From a virus: 64,000 nucleotides of DNA. The DNA is taken from positions 17,846 through 81,845 of the IMG/VR virus record IMGVR_UViG_3300030202_002773; one strand, 5' to 3'. Both the position numbers and the translations under genes were made by a program. This document shows, piece after piece, positions 1 to 8,669 of the stretch (position 1 is its first letter; every line of letters begins with the position of its first letter). Below the pieces are notes generated by a model. It made no database searches. It saw nothing but the letters and a program-made list of their open reading frames with translations, and was not told the origin of the DNA.

Positions 1-864
1 TCAAGTAAAGCAATAATAAGAAAGATTTTTAGAGATCTTAAACCAGAAGATGATAACTGGATTGATGATGCAATTGAGTGGATAGGTGAGGCTTTAGAAC
101 ATATAGGGTCTGCACCACAACTTATACAAAAACAATGTGTTTTAACAGTTGCTAATCATAAAGTTTTATTACCTACGGATTTATATTATGTAAATCAAGT
201 AGCTATAAATAATTCTGTATCTCCTACATCATCTTCTGAATTAGACACTTTAACAACTAAAGTAAAAGAATTAAAAGATGCTATTGTAGATGCTCAAGCT
301 AATGATTTAGAATATTCTGATACTGCTTCAGTTTTACATGAAATAAATAGTAGGATAGTAATTATTGAAAATATTTATTTTTCAGATGGTAACAGATTAC
401 AGCCATTACAGTATGGAGCAAGTACATTTCACAAAAGTATGCATTGTACAAACTGTGTAAATGAAAATGCAAACTATGAAGATACTTATATTATTGATGA
501 TGGGTATATAAAAACATCATTTGAAAGTGGAAAGATCTGTTTAAGCTATATGGCTTTTCCAACTGATGAAGATTGTTATCCACTAGTACCTGACGAAATA
601 AGCTTTAAAGAAGCAATGTTTTGGTATATATACAAAAAGATTTTATTATTTAATCCTATGTTTAAAGTTAATGGAATTAAATATGATTTTGCAGAACAAC
701 AATGGAAATACTATTGTACACAAGCAAGAAATGCTGCTAATTATCCAGATATAGATAAATATGAGTCATTTATGAATCAGTGGGTTAGACTCATTCCTAA
801 TATAAATAGACATGATTTAGCATTTGAACAATTAAACACAAGAGAAGATTTATATAGAGGATAA
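1..864 (+). CDS. Tail tubular/ring protein of crAss-like phage (5'-truncated by window)
   Basis: The frame of the 439..864 ORF is open back to base 1 (SSKAIIRKIFRDLKPEDDNWIDDAIEWIGEALEHIG...). It lies directly upstream of the muzzle gene. 'YIKTSFESGKICLSYMAFPTDEDCYPLVPD' resembles crAss ring proteins. Confidence 0.7.
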   Translation, partial: SSKAIIRKIFRDLKPEDDNWIDDAIEWIGEALEHIGSAPQLIQKQCVLTVANHKVLLPTDLYYVNQVAINNSVSPTSSSELDTLTTKVKELKDAIVDAQANDLEYSDTASVLHEINSRIVIIENIYFSDGNRLQPLQYGASTFHKSMHCTNCVNENANYEDTYIIDDGYIKTSFESGKICLSYMAFPTDEDCYPLVPDEISFKEAMFWYIYKKILLFNPMFKVNGIKYDFAEQQWKYYCTQARNAANYPDIDKYESFMNQWVRLIPNINRHDLAFEQLNTREDLYRG

Positions 865-3800
865 TGGCACATAAAAGATTTTTAAAAGGACTATTCAAAG
901 ATACTGCGCATATTGACCAACCAGAAGGAACTTGGAGATATGCTAGAAATGCTATTGCTAATGATAAGAAAGGATCTATTTCTAATGAAGGAGGTAATGA
1001 AATACAAGGATCACTTCCTAATTCTGAATCTGTAGTTATAGGTATTATAGAAATTACTAATGATAAAGCAATTATATTTTATATAGATAAATTTTCACAT
1101 TCACGAATAGGTAAATGGGAATCAGGAGTTTTTCAAAACGTGTATGTTCCTAATATTACATTACATGGGGATAAGGTTGATTTAAAATTTAATGTAAATT
1201 TTCCTATTGAAGGAACTTTTAATATTAATCCTGAAGGAGATTTAATTGTATATTGGACTGACGATTTAAATCCTCCACGAGCTTTAAATGTTACTGAACA
1301 GTTAAGTGGAAATAATACTTTTATATATGGAATAAATCCTACTACTTCTCATGATAATCATATAGATTTATTAAATTTATTTCCAAACTCAGGTCCAGTT
1401 CCACATATAACTTTAGGAGAAATATCTATAGGCCCATCTACCTATCAGACTGCAGTAAAAGAAGGAGGAGGTTTATTAACAGGAGTATATTATTTATCTT
1501 TAGCTTATGTTGATGATTCTTATACTGCTACTAATTTTTTAACAATGTCTAATCCTATATCTATTGTAGATGAAGGAGATCATACTAGACCTACTACAAA
1601 AAAAGATGGATCTAAAGAAAGTAGTCAAACTTCTAAAGCTATTACTTGGCAAGTTGATAATATAAATAAAGATTATAAATTTATAAGACCTGTAATTATT
1701 AGAAAAATGGCAGATGCTGTTGATGCTTATAGATTAAATGACATAGAAATTACACCTGCATCTCAATTAGATGTAGTATTTAGTGGTATAGAAGGATTTA
1801 CTGCAACATCTTTAGAAGATGTTATTATTGATACAGTATCTTATGAAACAGCTAAAACAATTAATCAATTAGATGGTATATTATATGTAGGAAATACAAC
1901 TAGTGTAGAAGATTTAGGATATCAAAAATATGCTAATAATATAAAATTAAATGCTGTTACAAAAACATTTGAAAATTTTGATGAAAATGTATTATCAGTT
2001 GATAATTTAGAAACAGGTTTTAATTCATTTCCTGTTGATCAGATGGGTCCTCCTGGAGCTCTTGTAGATGTAGATGTTGATCATAGTAAATCTTATAGAT
2101 ATATTCCTAATATATTTAAATATAAAGGATATATGAGAGATGAAGTATATGCTTTTTATATTGCATTTATTCTTAATGACGGTAGTATGTCTTATGCTTA
2201 TCATATACCTGGGAGAACATCGGCTGGAACAGAAAATAATCCTTTAGAAAATGAAGGATGGTTTAAAAAGTTTGAAAAATTAAGCCCTTCAATTATAAAA
2301 CAATTCCATCTTCATGATTTTAGTAATATTGCTCAAGGTTCTAATTTAATCCCAGGAACAACAGATGCTAGAAATATGAACTATTGGCAGAATGCTACAG
2401 AACTTTATCCTGAAACAAGTAATTTTGAAATATGGGATGGGGCTTCTGGATATACTGGTTTTGATTTAAAAGGTAGAAATGTTAGACACCATCATTTTCC
2501 TTCAAATGGAAATCCAACACATAAAACTATTCATGATAATACATCAGAAGTTACGCATTCTCAAGGTGTTTTGTATGATGTAATAAACTGGGAGTCAGAT
2601 GATGGGAGTAGTGGTACTAAAGATTTTAGAGTAGAATATGTCGATCCAAATTCAGGTTCTAGTGGTACTCATAATTTACCCTGTGATGTTTGGAAAATAG
2701 CTAGATTTGGTCCAGGACAAGTTGGTACAGATATTGTTGCTACTACCCCTACAGCTCCTTCACAACCAGGTATGTATACGGCATTATGGAAAAATCAAAA
2801 ATATTTTGTAGCAGATCAACCAATGCAAGTTAGAGTTAAATGGGCGATTACAATAGAGAGATCCAGTAGCTCTGATAATAAAGACCACTTTGGAGAAGCA
2901 CAGCTATTAAAAGAAGAAGTTGGAGGACAACTGACAACTATTCAATCTGATACATGGGCATTAGATGTGAATGGTCTTACTACTACAATAGCTCAACCGG
3001 GGGTTTTTTGTGCTGTTCAACATTTAGATACTGGAGATAAATTATATTTAAGAGTAAGGCAAACAACTGATGAACCAAATGGTGGGTCTGGAAGTAGTGA
3101 ATGTGGATATTGGGTTAGGCAAATGGGAGGTCAAATAATGGGTGGTAATAGTATTAGGTTTGAAGTATTATGTGAACAAGGAAATTATCTAGATACTGAT
3201 TTACATGATGTTAAATTATCTCATACTGTAAAAGCGTTAGGATTTGAATTAGAAGATCTTAAAATACCTAGGTCAATAGCTAATAAAGTACAAGGATTTA
3301 GAATATATAGAGCTAAAAGAAAACATGAAGATAAAAGAATATTAGGACAAAGTGTTTTAACTCCTATGTTACCAGATACTACAGTCTTAGGGCAGTGTGC
3401 AGAAACTGCTGGAAATATGGACGCTTCTCAAATAATGTCTTCAGCTCTTAGTTTAAGAGAAATGATTCTTACTAAAGATCCTTGGGCACAAGGATATACG
3501 CTCTATCCTGAATATCCAATTATGTATAGATATAATTCTACTTTTGGGTGGTTAGCAAATTTAGTAGATCAAAAAGGATATAAGTATTTTTCTTTTCATG
3601 ATTTTAATTTACTTCATACACAAAATACTATAGCGGGAGCAACACATATAAAGCCAGAATATTACATAAGAAATTTTGTATGGAATGCACCTACTTTAAA
3701 TCAGCCTAGAAAAATGGTTTCTAAAATTGTTGAGGATGATGGAAATGATGCGTATAGTGAACCTATAAAAAGGATAGAACAATTTTGGGGGTGGGATACA

Positions 3801-6272
3801 GATTTTAATTGCTATAGTAAAGAAATAAAAGGTGCTATTTTTGCAGGATGTTCTTATACAGCTGTAAATTCTTTAGCTGCTTTTGATGAAAATACTAATG
3901 ATATAAGACATCACTATGCAGCTCCTAGACTTATTGGGCAAAAATCAAAATCATACCTTCCGGGAGATAGTATATTTCAAGCTTCATCTTTAGGATTTGG
4001 AGGTAAAATAGCTAATGAACTTGGAGAAAGTTGCTTAGTGTTAGGATTGTCAGATAATCATGAATTTTATACATCAGGTTTAATTTCAAATCGAGGAGGA
4101 ACATCAGTTAATAGTGGACTATCTACTAATATTTTATCAAATTACGGACAATATCATGCTAATAGTCCTTCTATATTAATAAATCCTAATTTACTAAATA
4201 GCGATCCTTATGTTAATTATCTTTTTAATGATGTTGAAGAAGTAAATAATAGAAGAAGTCAAGTTTTAATGGCTAATTTACATGCATTTAAAACTGATAT
4301 GTATAAGTCTATAGATAATCAAGAATTAGTATGGACAGGATTTGAGGTGTTAGGAGATGATTTAGATAACTTTATATTTGAAGAAGTTCTTGGTAGAGAG
4401 CCGGGTGGAAATGCAGATTTTAAAACTAGTAGTATTAATAGTGAAGGAATATTTGGAGGAGATATATATATATGTAGATATGGATTTAGATCTACTTTAA
4501 ATAATAATAGTATAGATAAAGAGTCTACCCCATTAAGATCAATTCATTATCAAATAGTAGAGAGTGTAGATAATATTAATTTTAGACATTCAGAAAACGA
4601 TGACAGTTTATACTTTCCAGGATCTATAGCAAAAAGAGTTTTAGGTACAGACGGAGGTATAGATTTTACACATCAAGATAATTTAAAATATGATGAAAGT
4701 TTTTCAGCGGTAAATGATTTAAGACCTGCTTTTCCATTACCTTTAAAAGAAATTGAACAAACTGAATTTCCTACAAGAGCACATAGAAGTGTTAAAAGAG
4801 ATACAACTAGTTTAACAGATAACTATAGAATATTCTTAGCAAATGAATTTAAAGATATACCTAAAAATAGAGGAGATCTTTGGAAGTTATCTACTTTTAA
4901 TAACTTATTATATTTTCATATGGAAGAAAGTTTATACGTTACAAAAGGTAAACAGCAAATGCAAATGAAAGATGGGACTGAAGCATTTGTAGGAAGTGGA
5001 GATATATTCCAACAAGAACCTGATGAAATAATGCAGGCAGATAAAGGTTATGGAGGAACACAATCTCAATGGGCAGCATTAACTACTAATTATGGATACT
5101 TCTTTGTAGATGTTAATTCTAGAAAAGTATTCTTAATGAAAGATAAATTAAACGAGATTAGTACTGCGGGATTAGAAAATTGGTTTAAAGATAATTTACC
5201 TTTTAGGTTAGAAGCATTTTCTTATAATTCTCCATGTATATCTAAAGTATTTGATAATCCTCTAATAGGTCTTGGACTTACTGCAGTATATGATCCTAAA
5301 TTTAAAAGAATTATATTAACTAAAAAAGATCTTGAACCTACAGCAGCTTTTATAAGAGGTTATAATTTATATTTAACAATGACAAGTGGAAGTGGGGTAT
5401 TTGAATATGATGAAGGAATGATATTTTTTGATTGCGAAAAAGGTCAATATGTAAGAGTAACTGTTAATGAAAATCCTGGAGGGCCTACTACATTTAGTTT
5501 TTTTGTAATAGACTGGGACAATTACGCATATTTTACAGCTAAAGATTGGACAATATCTTATTATCCAGAATTTAATATTTGGAGTTCATTTCATGATTAT
5601 ACACCATATATATATTTTAATACTTCAGAAACGTTTTATTCTATAAATAAAGGATATTCAGGTATATGGGAACACAATTCAGATACTAGAGGCTCTTTTT
5701 ATGGTTCAACATTTCCATTTGAAATAGAGTATATCCATAATGAAACTAGAGAAGAAGATGCGTTACTAGCAAGTTTTAACTATACTTTAGAAACTTTCAA
5801 TCCTCAAAATATAAGTGTATTAGAACATGGATTTACTTCTTTCTTTGTGTATAATACTTTACAAATATCTGCAGATAGCATAGGGCCTAAAGGAGCTGTA
5901 ATTCCAACACCTCTTGAATATTTAGTTAATGTAAGACGAGTAGGTAATAATTGGAAAATAAATAACTTTAGAGATATGGCAGACATAGCTTTAAATAATA
6001 CAGCAGGTGGATATTATATGTCTACAAATACTAACATAATAGGTGGAATTAATACAGGAACTATAACAACTTCTTCTATAGACAATATGTTTATTGTTGA
6101 TGGAATGAGTGAGATTATAAATCCAGATTATATAAATATAACTAAAGAATGGCAAGATAGAAGGAAATTTATAGATAAATGGGCAGGAATTCGTCTAATT
6201 TATAACAACATAAGCAATAATTTACTAAATTTGTACTCTGCACAAACAGCAGTACGTAAAACATATAAATAA
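864..6272 (+). CDS. Tail stabilization/muzzle protein (P22 gp10-like), 1802 aa
   Basis: N-terminal 'KGLFKD..QPEGTWRYARNA', 'YWTDDLNPPRALN', 'GYMRDEVYAF', 'FGGDIYI' and 'WTISYYPEFNIWSSFHDYTP' are typical of crAss tail stabilization proteins; synteny fits. Confidence 0.8.
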   Translation: MAHKRFLKGLFKDTAHIDQPEGTWRYARNAIANDKKGSISNEGGNEIQGSLPNSESVVIGIIEITNDKAIIFYIDKFSHSRIGKWESGVFQNVYVPNITLHGDKVDLKFNVNFPIEGTFNINPEGDLIVYWTDDLNPPRALNVTEQLSGNNTFIYGINPTTSHDNHIDLLNLFPNSGPVPHITLGEISIGPSTYQTAVKEGGGLLTGVYYLSLAYVDDSYTATNFLTMSNPISIVDEGDHTRPTTKKDGSKESSQTSKAITWQVDNINKDYKFIRPVIIRKMADAVDAYRLNDIEITPASQLDVVFSGIEGFTATSLEDVIIDTVSYETAKTINQLDGILYVGNTTSVEDLGYQKYANNIKLNAVTKTFENFDENVLSVDNLETGFNSFPVDQMGPPGALVDVDVDHSKSYRYIPNIFKYKGYMRDEVYAFYIAFILNDGSMSYAYHIPGRTSAGTENNPLENEGWFKKFEKLSPSIIKQFHLHDFSNIAQGSNLIPGTTDARNMNYWQNATELYPETSNFEIWDGASGYTGFDLKGRNVRHHHFPSNGNPTHKTIHDNTSEVTHSQGVLYDVINWESDDGSSGTKDFRVEYVDPNSGSSGTHNLPCDVWKIARFGPGQVGTDIVATTPTAPSQPGMYTALWKNQKYFVADQPMQVRVKWAITIERSSSSDNKDHFGEAQLLKEEVGGQLTTIQSDTWALDVNGLTTTIAQPGVFCAVQHLDTGDKLYLRVRQTTDEPNGGSGSSECGYWVRQMGGQIMGGNSIRFEVLCEQGNYLDTDLHDVKLSHTVKALGFELEDLKIPRSIANKVQGFRIYRAKRKHEDKRILGQSVLTPMLPDTTVLGQCAETAGNMDASQIMSSALSLREMILTKDPWAQGYTLYPEYPIMYRYNSTFGWLANLVDQKGYKYFSFHDFNLLHTQNTIAGATHIKPEYYIRNFVWNAPTLNQPRKMVSKIVEDDGNDAYSEPIKRIEQFWGWDTDFNCYSKEIKGAIFAGCSYTAVNSLAAFDENTNDIRHHYAAPRLIGQKSKSYLPGDSIFQASSLGFGGKIANELGESCLVLGLSDNHEFYTSGLISNRGGTSVNSGLSTNILSNYGQYHANSPSILINPNLLNSDPYVNYLFNDVEEVNNRRSQVLMANLHAFKTDMYKSIDNQELVWTGFEVLGDDLDNFIFEEVLGREPGGNADFKTSSINSEGIFGGDIYICRYGFRSTLNNNSIDKESTPLRSIHYQIVESVDNINFRHSENDDSLYFPGSIAKRVLGTDGGIDFTHQDNLKYDESFSAVNDLRPAFPLPLKEIEQTEFPTRAHRSVKRDTTSLTDNYRIFLANEFKDIPKNRGDLWKLSTFNNLLYFHMEESLYVTKGKQQMQMKDGTEAFVGSGDIFQQEPDEIMQADKGYGGTQSQWAALTTNYGYFFVDVNSRKVFLMKDKLNEISTAGLENWFKDNLPFRLEAFSYNSPCISKVFDNPLIGLGLTAVYDPKFKRIILTKKDLEPTAAFIRGYNLYLTMTSGSGVFEYDEGMIFFDCEKGQYVRVTVNENPGGPTTFSFFVIDWDNYAYFTAKDWTISYYPEFNIWSSFHDYTPYIYFNTSETFYSINKGYSGIWEHNSDTRGSFYGSTFPFEIEYIHNETREEDALLASFNYTLETFNPQNISVLEHGFTSFFVYNTLQISADSIGPKGAVIPTPLEYLVNVRRVGNNWKINNFRDMADIALNNTAGGYYMSTNTNIIGGINTGTITTSSIDNMFIVDGMSEIINPDYINITKEWQDRRKFIDKWAGIRLIYNNISNNLLNLYSAQTAVRKTYK
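6226..6233 (+). promoter_or_regulatory. Possible Bacteroidota sigma-70 -7 box (TAAATTTG) upstream of cargo genes
   Basis: Matches TAnnTTTG about 40 nt upstream of ATG 6274. The same TAAATTTG precedes the portal and scaffold genes. Confidence 0.4.
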
Positions 6273-6273
6273 A

Positions 6274-8658
6274 ATGAACAAAAATATATATCAAACAGCC
6301 GGTCAAAAAGACGATGATTTCAGTAACCTAATAAACGTTACAAACGGAATACCAAAAAATTATAAACAAGTTGGTGGAAAATTAATGAATATTAATAAAA
6401 CAGGAACCGGAGAAAATAAAGTTTCAATAGGAGTATATCACGTAGTGAATGGAAAAAAAGTATTAGGATTCCCTCCTGTAAAAGGAACTGTTCCTAGAAA
6501 AGGAATGGGAGGAGCTAAATTATATAGGCAAGGAGGACTTAAATATTATCAAGAAGCTGGTATTAAAGAGGACACAAGGCCAATTGCAACTAGAAATATT
6601 AATACAGATTTTTTTGATCCTAATTTTAATCTTGGTGCTAGACCTTTTGGAGCATCAGGACTAAATGTTAATTTTAATCCAAGACTTGCTATAGGTCCAG
6701 ATAATAAATTTGCAAGTTTTTATTCTAAAGGTAGTGGATATAATACTGTACCTGGAGGAGATCAAGCTAGATTAACTATTGGTCCAAATCTTAGTAGCAG
6801 TATGCTTTATAAAAATTACAGTAATACATATCCTCACAAAAGTGTAGTTGAAGGAAGAAATACTCTTGGAGGAAGAATGAGTTTTAACGCTCCTATAGGA
6901 AATAGAGGTTTTATTGGTGGGATAAATGCAGAAGCTGGAACAGTATTAAGTGGTAGAAATGAAATTGATGATCAATCACAATCTCCATATCAAGGTCATG
7001 TAGTAAATCCTATTACAGGTAATGACAAAACTTATACACAAGTTGGAGCTGGATTAGGATATTATCCTAAAAATAAATATTTTGGAGGAAAGTTAAATAT
7101 TGGATATGGTAGTGAAGGGTCTGTAACACCTGGACTTAATTATGGAGCAACTGCAAATTGGGGTCCAGCTACATTTAATATAAATAAAGGTAGACATGGA
7201 ATAGGAGGAGGATTTGGAGTTAGTTTACCTATAGGTGGACCTTCTCGTAGAGGTAATCAAAATCCTTTAGAAAGACAAACAGGTGGAATGTATGGTTCAA
7301 ATACACTGTCAGCCGCAGGTCAGGGTGGGTCACCTCAAATAGGAACTACATCTACAATTGTAGGACGAGAAACAGATCCAGCTTTACAGGAAGCTAGAAT
7401 GCAAGGATTATTAGCATCTACTGAAGGATTAAATACACAATCACAAGGTCTTATAGATCAAACAAGACAACAAGAATCTCAAGATAAAATGATGGCTGAA
7501 CGAGCAGGAATGTCAGAATTACAAAATTTTCAAAGTGCTAGTAATGCAGGTATTGGTGCAGTTAGTAGAGGTGCTCAAATGATTGGAAATCAAGTAGATC
7601 CTGGACAAAATCCAAATACTTGGGCAGGAGCATATCAAGCTGGAAAAACTGCTTATGATTTATCACAGGCAGCTAATTTAGCAGGTCAAGGAACTCAAAT
7701 GATTGACGGTATGAATGTTATTACTGATGCAGCTAAAGCGGGTCAGGCAGCACAATTAGCAACAGATGCAGGAGGATTTATAGGTTCAAGTGCAGATGCA
7801 GCAAATACCGGTACAATAGTATTAGATGCAGCAGGAAATACAGTTAACGCAGGTAGTACTGCTGGAAATGTAGCATCTGCTGTTGGGTCAGCTATGCCTT
7901 GGGGTACGATAGCAAGTTATGCAGGAAAAGGACTATCAAATCTAGCAGATGATGATGATCCTACAAAATCTAATGTTGGAGAATATGCTGGAAAAATGGT
8001 AGAAAGAGCAGGACAAGGAGCTACAGTTGGGTCATTTTTTCCTGGTCCTGGTACAGCAATTGGTGCAGGTATAGGAGCAATAGTTGGAGGAGTTGAACAA
8101 GCAGTAGGAACAAAGAAAGCAAGAAGAGCAGAATCTGAGTATGAAGCAGAAGCAACAGCAAATAGAAATAAAGGAATATATGATCTTAATAAAAGAGTAG
8201 GTAGTTTATATGGATCACATTTGTCTAATATAGCGGCAGGTAATTTAGCACAAAAAACAATATCTGGTCAAAATCTTGGTAGAAATGTAATGTATCAACA
8301 AGGAGGTAAAAGAGCTCCTAAAAGCTTAGATCGTATGATGGATACAGCACAAAATTTTAGTGGAAGTAGAAACTTATCAGATAAAATGGATGTACCATTT
8401 TCTGTAGCAGGTCAAAGATTTCCATCTATACCTTCTGAAGAATATTCACAATTGATGCAGAACAGAATTACTTCTGGAGATATAAGTGATTATGGAGTTT
8501 TAAGATCAGATCATCCTGTTGCTATACAACAACAAGAAAATCAAGTAAGAAATAAAATGAACATGATTAGAGATTACCAAAAATCACAGTTAACTTATAA
8601 ACATGGAGGCAGAAAAGGAATGATGATGGGAATGCCAAGATATGGTTATAACTATTAA
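6274..8658 (+). CDS. Virion cargo/ejection protein, modular: beta-strand-rich module plus glycine-zipper membrane segment
   Basis: Gly/Ala/Gln-rich; 'GPGTAIGAGIGAIVGG' glycine zipper; repeated YQxGG-type motifs; located between the muzzle gene and the RNAP cluster. Confidence 0.6.
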   Translation: MNKNIYQTAGQKDDDFSNLINVTNGIPKNYKQVGGKLMNINKTGTGENKVSIGVYHVVNGKKVLGFPPVKGTVPRKGMGGAKLYRQGGLKYYQEAGIKEDTRPIATRNINTDFFDPNFNLGARPFGASGLNVNFNPRLAIGPDNKFASFYSKGSGYNTVPGGDQARLTIGPNLSSSMLYKNYSNTYPHKSVVEGRNTLGGRMSFNAPIGNRGFIGGINAEAGTVLSGRNEIDDQSQSPYQGHVVNPITGNDKTYTQVGAGLGYYPKNKYFGGKLNIGYGSEGSVTPGLNYGATANWGPATFNINKGRHGIGGGFGVSLPIGGPSRRGNQNPLERQTGGMYGSNTLSAAGQGGSPQIGTTSTIVGRETDPALQEARMQGLLASTEGLNTQSQGLIDQTRQQESQDKMMAERAGMSELQNFQSASNAGIGAVSRGAQMIGNQVDPGQNPNTWAGAYQAGKTAYDLSQAANLAGQGTQMIDGMNVITDAAKAGQAAQLATDAGGFIGSSADAANTGTIVLDAAGNTVNAGSTAGNVASAVGSAMPWGTIASYAGKGLSNLADDDDPTKSNVGEYAGKMVERAGQGATVGSFFPGPGTAIGAGIGAIVGGVEQAVGTKKARRAESEYEAEATANRNKGIYDLNKRVGSLYGSHLSNIAAGNLAQKTISGQNLGRNVMYQQGGKRAPKSLDRMMDTAQNFSGSRNLSDKMDVPFSVAGQRFPSIPSEEYSQLMQNRITSGDISDYGVLRSDHPVAIQQQENQVRNKMNMIRDYQKSQLTYKHGGRKGMMMGMPRYGYNY

Positions 8659-8669
8659 AAATAAAAATT

